DNA from: Octopus sinensis
Lineage: Eukaryota
NCBI RefSeq assembly: GCF_006345805.1
Contig: NC_043002.1
Span: 35,526,001 to 35,590,000, forward strand
Direction: 5' to 3'
DNA: 64,000 nt
Below, in pieces: positions 13,601 to 22,845 of this stretch. Every line of letters begins with the position of its first letter. The stretch's first letter is position 1. A program made the translations under genes and the position numbers. The notes beneath the pieces were generated by a model. That model ran no database searches. It saw nothing but the letters and a program-made list of their open reading frames with translations, and was not told the origin of the DNA.

Positions 13601-16600
13601 TTATCAAGTATCACCTGTTTCCAAGTAAAGTAATATTTCCCTTAGTCCTTTGACTAAGGGAAATATTACCCTTACTTGGAAACAGGTGATACTTGATAAG
13701 AGTATCTGATTCAAGAAAATCTGTCTCAACAAGTTCTCTAACCTATGTCAGTATGGACATTAAAATATGCATTTTGAAGGAAATTTGGTTGATATTACTA
13801 GTAATTTGAACAGTTACACATATAGGCTCTATAGACAGTATTTTTCCAAAGCTCTATCCTATTTCCAATCTGTATTTTTCTGTTATACATAACCATGATG
13901 GGCTCTCCTCAAATATTCAATTAGTCAGATCTGAGTCCTTGGTTTTGCAAAGAAACAGTTAATATTAACAGTCGTTATTAGTGACCCTACCCAACACAGA
14001 ACAGTTAAACACTTACTTTGCTTGATTCTCTTTACCAACAACAGAGGCAACAGGTTTGTTCTTGAATTTGCGATTAAATTCTTCCACAGAAGAACATATA
14101 TTTGAGCGATTCTTCAACGGAGACTGCTTATTGTTAGACTGATCTTTACTAGACACACCTATAATACAAGGAAATGAAAAATTATAAAAATAATTTGGGT
14201 ACCTTTCAACACATTCTTTAATATATCCAGGAGTTGGTTATTAGTTCTAATAGGGAAACATAGCCGGAGTTTGTCCCGATACTGCTAAAGAACCCCACTG
14301 TAATGAATTCTGTAATTTTAATATTTTGAGATTTTGTCACTTTTGCTCCTTTTGAACAGAATAAAAGCTTAATTGTCCTTTGCAAATATCAGTTTTCTAA
14401 GTTGATTTACAATTCTGCTAGTTTAATGTTCTTTTTTAACCTTGCTTACTTTGGACAAATGGTATTATATTAAAGTAATTGATCTTATAGCGTTATGCCA
14501 TTTTTTTGTCACTAACCACTCAACCATGACAGTTGTAAGTGGAACCAGCTTTTGTAAAAAAAAAAAAAAGGGTGGGTTGGGGAATAAAGCAAGTAGTTAA
14601 TATACCTAGCTAAAGTGTTACAATACAATGCAAATGTGTGAAGAAAATGTGAGTTTTAGGATACTCACCTGTATTTGCTTTACCATCAGCATTGGTAACA
14701 TTTTCAGGAGGCTCCTTTTTGGTTGGCTTGGCAACAACAACTGGCATTGCTTGGGCTATGATAGCATTTTGTCCTTCAGGCATGAAAAGTGAGATGTCAT
14801 TTATGTCGGCCTCGTGATCAACGTCTGCAACATTAAGAGAAACAAATATTAACATTTCACGTCTTTCAACTACTATCAAAACCCAACATAAATTTGACAA
14901 TCTTAAATAAGAAATTCCTCTTCATATATCCCTCTAATAATTTAAACAATTACCCAGTTGTGTTTCTGAGAGAGGTATTTAGATCTGCCAGTTCAAGGAA
15001 CAGGCTCAAATCTATAGTCAGCATTTTTCGTTCAGTTCGAAGTTAGTAGTGATTACCAAAGTTGTTCCAGTCAAGAAAGTTAGGACTACACATATTTTCT
15101 ATTCAATTTAACTAATTAATCAGATTAATTATTGAATGAAAGTTAGGAATATGACACTTCAGGAAGATAGGGTGTTTCTAACAAACGCATTACCCCACCA
15201 CACATAAAATTCATATCTCAACTGACCCATATTATATATTACATAGACATAACTTACAACAGCTCATAATGTTGGACTCACCCTCTTCTCCACGAACACC
15301 CAATGCAACAAAAATTCTGAACTGTCAAGGGGAACGTGTAAAAATCAATTATTTGCAGATACTGTATTAAATAAAGATTTCGTCGATTTTTGTCAGTTTT
15401 GTAAGTAGATTAAGCGTTTCAATATGCATCTCTGGAGATACACATTTCAATAGAATCAGTTAAGTGGGGGGCCAAGAAGGGTGCCTATACGCGGTCGCTC
15501 GACATGGCTAGAGATAGTAGCCAAACTCTTCAATTCACACCCTCACACCCTACCGTCGTCTTAAGATGACGGTACATAACTCTATAAAGACGAAAGGTCC
15601 CGGCTTTAATACAATTTTCGTCATGTATCGTAATCTAATTTTTAAAATCTTGAAATCCCAATAAATTTTCGAAGGAAAAAAAGAAGATCCGGAAAAGTTA
15701 CAGTCAGATGCATGATCCGACACTAGGCCCAATTAGTAATTACACTACAAAAAAATGTTTGCAATCGCAATTAAAAAGTTAAACAGGAGTATATTTATGA
15801 AATGAAGTTACACCCTAACACGAAATATTGCATTCCTTAAGACGATTTTAGCTTAGGTACCCACCACGAATACTTTTTATTCTTTCTCTGTATCTTTCAA
15901 ATTACTAGATAGCGTAGAAAATTTCAAAATACTATTATCAGAACAATTGTAATATACAACTTTTATTTCATGTTCAACAAACAGAATTAAGTATAAAATA
16001 AAGTATAATCATTTAAATGAAAATTCGAATGTTGAAAGAGGGTTAACACATTTAAAAAAAATGGATATTAACTTATGTAGATAAGTCAATACTTTAGAAA
16101 AGAATAGCTAAACGGAGATATAAAATTCTAAACATTCCACAAGGCGACTACAATAAGTTTTTGTTGAAATATTTCTACAGCGTTGTTTGAAGTGAAATCT
16201 CGTTCAGACCCAGTAACCGTCAAACCATCAACTGTAATAATGGTGCAAGGTTCGCGGTAGGCTAACACTGGCCACCGATCTCATTATTTTCAATACAAGT
16301 TATTCGGATTTCTGTCCGAATACTATTATATTTCTATTTTGTGAATATTTTAAACACAAATTTGTTCTGTAGATGGGGTAGAGGAGCTTTATTTAGTAAA
16401 ACAATTTTACATTTGAATCCCATTATAATCTATTCAAATATATGTGCAGTACAGACACACATAATTATATATAGTAGCTACTTTAAATAATATTTTATGA
16501 AAAATAGCATTTGATGTGATTAGTCGAGTTACATGATAAACTGGTGATAATAAATTTCTAAAATATTTTGATTTTAGAAATACTAACACACGATGTAAAA

Positions 16601-17018
16601 AAAAAAAAAAATTGCCAGTTTTTGAAATTCATCCTTGCAGAGTCTTAAGAGTTTCAAATAAGTAAAAAGAAAAATGAACACCAAAGAAACATTTAACGTG
16701 ACAAAATTATCATTACAAAAATGCGACATTATTAATGCGTAAATGCGCCGTTAAATATAGTTAGAAGCAAAGAAATAAGGATAATCTGCATATAACAAAT
16801 TTGAAATGATGAAAATAACAGGTCAGGTTTCTATATTGTTGATAAATGTTATATATACGCATATGTGTGTGCAAAATACAGTAAGCAGAATACATATTAA
16901 TCGATGTCGTAAAATAATTGTTTTACTTACCAAACCAAGAATCGCTGTCTTCATCTTCAGATACATTTTGAGTAAAATCAACAAACTGGGGACATTCAAA
17001 TTCCCATTTAGGTTCCAT
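1504..17018 (-). CDS. TPX2: TPX2 (targeting protein for Xklp2) ortholog, spliced, 3'-incomplete: join(17018-16931,14824-14669,14158-14017,11569-11492,10381-10061,8869-8596,6182-6023,2991-2850,2132-1922,1605-1504)
   Basis: Manual splicing gives GT-AG introns, matching phases and no stops over 1674 nt (558 codons). The N-terminus MEPKWEFECPQFVDF...DSWF resembles the Aurora-A-binding motif. Later exons carry TPX2-type motifs (TVAKEFQF, VVQPFKF, KSPQL, FKAK..RKIL, FRAQPVPTEIL, PVTIPASPAF). Confidence 0.93.
1922..2132 (-). CDS. TPX2: TPX2 coding exon 9
   Basis: TGTATAG acceptor and GTACTT donor, 211 nt, phase 2 to 0; MNQFKAKDVNRKILEAPVGVKEVPKKEPTVVKPFDL...FRAQPVPTEILRGVV. Confidence 0.92.
2850..2991 (-). 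CDS. TPX2: TPX2 coding exon 8
   Basis: CATTTCAG acceptor and GTAAGC donor, 142 nt, phase 1 to 2; EPAPKKAWCAPRCTIAKSPQLSSKDRLRPVRVLSKKELEEKELEEIK. Confidence 0.92.
4799..5252 (+). repeat. ~200-bp direct repeat (4799-5000 and 5052-5252) flanking a 51-bp RTE 3'-end stub
   Basis: The copies differ only in (TG)8 vs (TG)7 and A7 vs A8. The insert is (TCA)n-CGTTTAGCGTCCGTTTTCCATG, the reverse of the RTE terminus seen elsewhere in the window. Confidence 0.9.
6023..6182 (-). CDS. TPX2: TPX2 coding exon 7
   Basis: TCTTGCAG acceptor and GTATTT donor, 160 nt, phase 0 to 1; PASKMPTRTVVQPFKFSE...FQSVAEQINNFSRKTPDRYRS. Confidence 0.92.
8080..8545 (-). mobile_element. Degraded RTE LINE ORF2 fragment
   Basis: LKMKGRVYRSCMRTAMLCGSETW is a typical RTE post-RT motif; the frame is broken downstream. 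Confidence 0.75.
8596..8869 (-). CDS. TPX2: TPX2 coding exon 6
   Basis: TATTATAG acceptor and GTAAGT donor, 274 nt, phase 2 to 0; RTSKPMTYEEIERQQME...KLTVAKEFQFSSDKRLR. Confidence 0.92.
9721..9860. repeat. 30-bp tandem repeat, about 4.5 copies
   Basis: C(A/G)AATAACTGGTATTTCTCTTTAACTCAAA units at 9723, 9751, 9781, 9811 and 9841. Confidence 0.95.
10061..10381 (-). CDS. TPX2: TPX2 coding exon 5
   Basis: TTTTTAAAG acceptor and GTCAGT donor, 321 nt open, phase 2 to 2; Ser/Lys-rich, includes ORF-track MSKLRESK...KENLLR. Confidence 0.85.
11492..11569 (-). CDS. TPX2: TPX2 coding exon 4
   Basis: TTTGTAG acceptor and GTAAGT donor, 78 nt, phase 2 to 2; NKGPRRVLRNPQPDSEQPTVGIFKSS. Confidence 0.8.
11641..12595 (-). 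mobile_element. Young 5'-truncated RTE LINE: ORF2 C-terminus, long 3' UTR and (GAT)n tail
   Basis: Intact ...MLRWMCNVS...RRLRWYGHVARMDEDR...RGRGRPRKTW...DLWKYAV* (12216-12590), then a UTR with an internal repeat array and an ATG/GAT trinucleotide tail. Confidence 0.92.
14017..14158 (-). CDS. TPX2: TPX2 coding exon 3
   Basis: Pyrimidine tract+TATAG acceptor and GTAAGT donor, 142 nt, phase 1 to 2; GVSSKDQSNNKQSPLKNRSNICSSVEEFNRKFKNKP... Confidence 0.85.
14669..14824 (-). CDS. TPX2: TPX2 coding exon 2
   Basis: TTGCAG acceptor and GTGAGT donor, 156 nt, phase 1 to 1; DVDHEADINDISLFMPEGQ...KANTG. Confidence 0.85.
16931..17018 (-). CDS. TPX2: TPX2 coding exon 1 (Aurora-A-binding motif)
   Basis: ATG at 17018-17016; MEPKWEFECPQFVDFTQNVSEDEDSDSWF+G, then GTAAGT donor (phase 1). 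Confidence 0.92.
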
Positions 17019-17150
17019 TTCTAAATACTAAAAAAAAAATAATTTCTAAATGAAGTTAAGACACTAGAATTGAAGAGATGGTTCTAATTTCTTAGAGTTA
17101 AAAAATGATGCGGAGTGAAAAAAAATAGAGATTCCAAACTATTTCCTCTA

Positions 17151-17304
17151 TTCAAGTTTCCTAATAATCACAAACAAGCATCTGTAACTGAAAATTTTAA
17201 TTTTCCCTGCAATATCATATTGACCAATCAATGAACAGCTGCTCGGCAACAGAGAAATACTCGATTGTCATTGGCTAAAATTGCCACCGAACTAGCTGTT
17301 TGAA
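17151..17304 (-). promoter_or_regulatory. Putative TPX2 promoter: two CCAAT boxes plus CHR-like hexamers
   Basis: CCAAT at 17224-17228 (+) and 17270-17274 (-); CTTGAA and TAGGAA on the minus strand at 17151-17163; TTTGAA at 17299-17304; all 130-290 nt upstream of the ATG. Short motifs in AT-rich DNA, so this is inferential. Confidence 0.4.
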
Positions 17305-17454
17305 TTTAATAAAGAGCAATAGACTGACAGGAGCGATGAACAAATTAAGTTTACCTTCTTTACGTTCCGGGTTCAAGTTCCGCCAGGGTCGATAGATCCA
17401 GAATATCTACCCGACAAGAAATAAGGTTGATTATTATTATTCATAAATTTTGGT

Positions 17455-17630
17455 TTCAAATTTTAGCACAAGACCAGCAATTTCGGAGAATGGAGTAAGT
17501 CAATTGTATCGACCTCAGTGCTCAACTGGTACTTATTTTATCGACCGCGAGGGATGAAAGACAAAGTCGACCTTGGCGGAATTTGAACTCAGAACGTAAA
17601 GACTGACGATTCTGTCAACTCGCCACCTTA
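17455..17630 (-). mobile_element. tRNA-derived SINE
   Basis: Reverse of GGTGGCGAGTTGACAG...GAGTTCAAATTCCGCC (box B-like)...GTCGATAAAATAAGTACCAG; same family as 34215, 38524 and 52412. Confidence 0.8.
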
Positions 17631-17639
17631 CTTATTATT

Positions 17640-19975
17640 CATAAATATTAAGGACAGTGAATGCTGGACAAATTGCCTTGTCAAATCCTACTCAACCCGA
17701 CTTGACGTTTTATATTTCCTTTCGAAGTGATTTATGTAAAGTAGTTGTAGCAGTGTTGATTTAAATTTGACTATGGTGGATCGAATTTGCTTCATGCATG
17801 CAAGATTCGTGTGTAGCAAATCTTGCATGCATGAAGTGGATTCGATCCACCATAGCAAAATTTAAATCAACACTGTACATACTTCTATCGATATAATCCA
17901 GAACTGGCGAGGTTTAGCTCGGTGTGACGAGCGAAGCGACCAGCATTTAGGAGGGAAGACAGACCGTGAAGACCTGAGGGGCTTACCACATCGGCACCTC
18001 AGTCCCCTACAAACGTCAGCTCTCACTCTGAGTGCGATGGAGATGCGGAGTTCATCTAGATTGAGTACGCCTCCAATATTGGCCATAGGCAGGGCATCAA
18101 TCCAATCCCCTGAGAATTTTACACTAGCTGAAGATAAGCGACACATTGAAAATTGATCAAATTGATAAAAGAGAGAGTTGAAAGTGACACCTGAACGCAG
18201 ATTGTCCCATGCTCTGTTTCCGTCTTATCCCCACTGTAACCGGAACTGACAAACCCAGCTCTCTCTACTGTGATAGAGCTTCATCCATCTCCCTGTTGGA
18301 ATTAGTCCACGTTGGAGAGGAGAGGATGTTGCCTACCAAAGGAGAGCAAGCGTGGATGGAGGGAAAAAAACAAGAAGAGATAAAAACGACCACTTGCGCA
18401 GACCTAGACCTCCAAACCGTTTGGGCAAAGCAGCTTGGTCGTGGGAGTCTGGTAAGAGTTTGACATTGACCAAGCATTCGAGTTTCCTGAAGTATTGGAA
18501 GGATGATAGGAATCTGTAAAAGGGACTAGCCCTCAGAAAATACAGTAGTTTAGGAATTGACTACTAATTCCTAAGTATATAAAAAAAAAATCCTTGGTGG
18601 GGCTCAATTACTCCAAGGTTTTTAAAAGTTGTTCGAAGTTAGCCATTTTTTTTTATCTAAAGATGGACTCTAAAGCTAGGTCAGTATTTGGGGCTCCAAG
18701 GGAGCACCACGCTGATGAAGGGGGAATCGCGATTGAGGGGGAGGGTCAACAAATAGTTTAGTAGTCTGCTCATGCGAAGCTGGGTGGTTCAGGAACCAGA
18801 GCTCGCATTTGAAGCTGTTAATGCTAAGACCTCTACGACAAAGCTCCTCGATTATCATCCTCGCAGTTGCAAGCGCCTTGTCAGGAAGGATTTCCAAGCA
18901 AGCATCATCGAGGTACCAGACATTTAAGTCTAGTCGGCACCCATTTTGGTAACATCATCAATACCCAATGCGAATAGGGTAGGACCAAGGGTATCACCCT
19001 GTTAGACTCCAGAGGCAGAAGGGAGGAGGTGGTCACCAAACGAGACGTAGGAGGACTCCCGATAGGCTTGCTAAGAAAAGTGATAAAGTTGTGGGGAATT
19101 CTTCCTTACTGCGCGGAAGATGTGTAAATAAATCCCTTTTCAATCATGAAACAACTTATGTATTTATTTATACACACACACATCCACTACAGTTATGTGG
19201 AGACCAAAAGGAACTGGAACAGTTTCTGCCAATCCGAGGTGTTGTTGGTTAGGCAGACGTTCTTCGGCAGTTTCGAGAGAATACGGGCGAAAGAGATGCG
19301 AACGTCCTTAGGGATCCGATTGACAAGCTTCAGCTTGGACAAACCCTGGAGGGCGGCGGTAAAATCTTCAACGGGGATCTGGATTTCAGAGTTAGGTTCT
19401 GTCCTACTAAGGATGTCAGAGCTGAAGTGACATCGGTTGCATGTCCACTCACAAAAACTTTCGGTTTGAACCTTAGTAGTGCCGACGCAGCTCCTGTGGC
19501 AACTTAAACTGCACGAGTGACATTTGATGGTCTTCAAATAGCGACTTGTACGGGTGCAGAAAACACGACTTGTACGGGTGCAGAAAACACAGCTTGAAGT
19601 GGCAGTATCAATGGGGTTCGCATTAGAATTAGAATTCAGACATTAACTCGTGGTGGGACTCGAATAAGGTGCAGGAGGCGATGCAGGCAGGCTAGCTGTA
19701 ACGGGGAAGTGGGGAAAGGTTAGCACTGGAGGTAGAGACGGGAGTTGGATGTAGCACGTTAATAGTGATGGTGGGGTTCGGCTGGGGAGGGGAGGCGATG
19801 GCGATAGGTTGCCTATTACGGGAGTTGCCGGGTGAATAAAGGGATGAGCAAGGACTAATACCGGCCGAATCTGACGATGGAAGGGGTTGGAAAGAGATGG
19901 GGAATACGAGGTTTTTATTCCCATCCTGGCCACTTGATAAGATCGATATTTAAATAACGATCTTATTCCTATTTA
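17640..19975 (-). mobile_element. Decayed CRE-clade (restriction-like endonuclease type) non-LTR retrotransposon
   Basis: Motifs in correct order: Pro/Ser-rich region, PHD finger, RIPKDVR, GV*QGDTLGPTLFAL (about 18965-19010), NVWYLDD (18904-18924), QAALPKRFGGLGLRK, WIDALPMANIGGVLN..LRISIALR..CRCG. Stops, frameshifts and an internal deletion are present. Confidence 0.85.
17751..17875. mobile_element. 125-bp hairpin MITE with Tc1-like CAGTG termini, inserted in the CRE element
   Basis: Arms CAGTGTTGATTTAAATTT...GCATGCAAGATT and AATCTTGCATGC...AAATTTAAATCAACACTG; TA on the right flank, TAG on the left. Confidence 0.7.
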
Positions 19976-19980
19976 TATAA

Positions 19981-20026
<46 letters not shown>

Positions 20027-20059
20027 ATATATATATATATATATATAGATAGATAACTT

Positions 20060-20112
<53 letters not shown>

Positions 20113-20162
20113 TAACTTTATATATATATATATAGATATATATATATATATATGTATAGATA

Positions 20163-20200
<38 letters not shown>

Positions 20201-20345
20201 TAACTTTATATATATATATATATATATATAGATAACTTTATATATTATATATATATATATATATAGATAACTTATATATATATATTATATATATATATTA
20301 TAGATAACTTTATATATATATATATATATATAATATATATATATA

Positions 20346-20380
<35 letters not shown>
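19975..20380. repeat. Compound (TA)n array punctuated by GATAACTT
   Basis: About seven GATAACTT motifs separated by variable (TA)n runs. Confidence 0.9.
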
Positions 20381-20381
<1 letters not shown>

Positions 20382-20776
20382 TAGCAGTATCGCCCGGCGT
20401 TGCTCGGGTTTGTAAGGGAAATAACTATATAAGCATTTTTAGAGAGTTATAGCCAAAAAATAGCAAAAAAATGCATTAAAAATGGAAAAAAAATTAAGGT
20501 AAATTTTTTTTAAATCGTTGACACATCATAGATATTTTTAGAGAGTTACTTCCCTTATATAATAGCGAAAAATGCATTAAAATGGAAAAATATGATGGTA
20601 AATTTTTTTTAAATCGTAGACTCATCGTAGACGCACGCTAATACCCAGAAGGGCTCGATATGAATCACGACTATAAGATACCCGGTTTTGGTTACACTGC
20701 ACCGCAAAATGTGGGAGTAGTTAGGAATCTAAATCGTAGGAGACAGACACACAACCTCACTTTTATATATAACGAT
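20380..20776 (+). mobile_element. Non-autonomous Helitron/Helentron-like (Lep1/DINE-1-type) element
   Basis: Starts ACTAGCAGTATCGCCCGGCGTTGCTCGGG, has ACAGACAC near the end, and finishes TTTTATATATAACGAT; an inverted second copy lies at 41007-41405. The class assignment rests on terminal architecture. Confidence 0.65.
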
Positions 20777-21259
20777 ATAAGCCACGTAGTTATATACACA
20801 TAATTTGTTATATACACATTCTTAAAAGAAAATGTTATTTTGAACACAACATTTATAAAGAATAAAATATTTTTTGGTTTTTCTTTTAAACGGATGCATA
20901 CATTTATTAATAACTATATATAAGTGTCGTCTGTTTATACATAAACACTGTTTCATACTGCAAGTTCGGCTCGCCAATTAATACTACCAAAATTTAACGA
21001 CAGAAAGTAAAATAAAAACTAATTTACCTTTTCTGTATTGTTATAGCAATTCGACCGTCCGTGTGTCTTTGCAAATGTGTTGGAATGAGAAGTGAGTTGT
21101 GTTTTGGCGCCTTTTTAACTAATAACAAACACACACGTGTTTGTATGTAGTTGTTTGAAACGTTTGTGTTTGTCACTGTCATATATGTATGTGTATGCGT
21201 GTGTGTGAGGAATGACACACACACACTCACGCACGCACACATGTACATCAATGCTTTCG

Positions 21260-21818
21260 GAGTGAAATGTTAAAATATTGAGTTTTCTCGAATTTTGTCT
21301 TAATTGGGGGTAAAATTGAAAGAAATTTTGTATGGCATGACCCAATGAAAGTACTTTGAAAAATCATGGGTAAACTCTAATTGAAGAAATTGTGTGAGGA
21401 GTAAATCGTTATGTATTTATTTGTTTCTGTTTGCTGTGTTTTTTTTTTTTTTAGTAGTGGTTTAAGGTACACTTCTCTCGTTTTATCGAAATAGTTTCAC
21501 TTTAATCGTTGCAAACTTGCGAAGAGAAAGTCGTAGAAATTAGAGTGATAGCGTGAGTGAATCAGATCGCTCCCTTTTTGTGTGTGTGTGCGTGTGCTAT
21601 AGCCCACACTAAGAAAAGCACTTGACTCACACATCACAATGAGTTTTCTCTAAATTTTGCTTAATTGGGGTTGAAATTTGAAAAACTGGACCTGGCACGA
21701 CCCGATGCATTCTACTCTTAAAAATGCTAGGTAAATTGTAATTGAAGAAATCCTATATTGTAGATTTCTATAAGAGACAAAGGGAGGCAGATAAAATCTG
21801 CCTTTTATAATAAGAGAT
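21260..21818 (+). mobile_element. Second Helitron-like element remnant with internal duplication
   Basis: 21260-21400 and 21640-21760 are diverged copies; GGCAGAT-AAA-ATCTGCC hairpin (21786-21802) precedes TTTTATAATAAGAGAT. Confidence 0.45.
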
Positions 21819-21830
21819 ATATATATATAT

Positions 21831-22210
21831 CATCATCATCATCATCATCATCATCGTTTAACGTCCGCTTTCCATGCTAGCATGGGTTGGACGGTTCAAC
21901 TGGGGTCTGGGAAGCCCGGAGGCTGCACCAGGCCAGTCAGATCTGGCAGTGTTTCTACAGCTGGATGCCCTTCCTAACGCCAACCACTCCAAGAGTGTAG
22001 TGGGTGATTTTATGTGCCACCGACACAGGTGCCAGACGAGGCTGGCGAACGGCCACACTCGGATGGTGTTTTTTACGTGCCACCAGCATGGAGGCCAGTC
22101 AATGCGGTACTGGCTACAGCCACGTTCGGATGGTTTTCGTATGTGCCACCGGCACTGGTACCACAAAACTACAAATTCCATTAATGTTCATCGAGTTTGC
22201 TTTTGATTTT
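21831..22210 (-). mobile_element. RTE 3'-UTR-derived element with three-unit internal array
   Basis: (CAT)n-CGTTTAACGTCCGCTTTCCATGCTAGCATGGG...GGATGCCCTTCCTAACGCCAACC, homologous to 11641-11960. Confidence 0.88.
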
Positions 22211-22371
22211 GTCCAAACAACAATAGGGATCACGCCAGAAATAATAGTAGAAGTAGATTTACAACGGCAAAATATCCTAATGAAATTAAGAATAATAAGA
22301 ACATAGTACTGAACACATGTAATATGGTTAAAATAAACTTTGATAAAACTAAGAAACATGCAAATAGGAAC

Positions 22372-22394
22372 ATTAATAAATATATATGTATATA

Positions 22395-22432
<38 letters not shown>

Positions 22433-22434
22433 TA

Positions 22435-22477
<43 letters not shown>

Positions 22478-22510
22478 TAATCCAAACATATATATGTATA
22501 TATATATATA
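22372..22510. repeat. (TA)n microsatellite
   Basis: Long imperfect TA run. Confidence 0.95.
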
Positions 22511-22845
22511 CTCTTTTACTCCTTTACTTGTTTCAGTCATTTTACTGCGGCCATGCTGGAGCAACACTTTTAGTCAAATAAATTGACCTCAGGACTTATT
22601 CTATCACTCTCTTTTTGCCGAACCACTAAGTGACAGGGACGTAAACACACCAACATACATACATGCATACATATATATATATATATATATATATTTTGTG
22701 AAATAGAAAGATGAATAATCTTGTTGCAGATTAATCAAAAGTTTAACCGATACCTTGGTAGCAAAAATCACAGCAGAAGACAGCACGGTTGGAGGTACAA
22801 CCATATGGTGTTGCAACCGTGCGTTGGTGCGGATAATTGAATTTT

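Noticed and set aside
15282-15321. Minus-strand mini-exon candidate with a GTGAGT donor in TPX2 intron 1
   Set aside because: Lengths of 35 or 40 nt shift the frame, the acceptor is weak, and exons 1 and 2 already join in phase.
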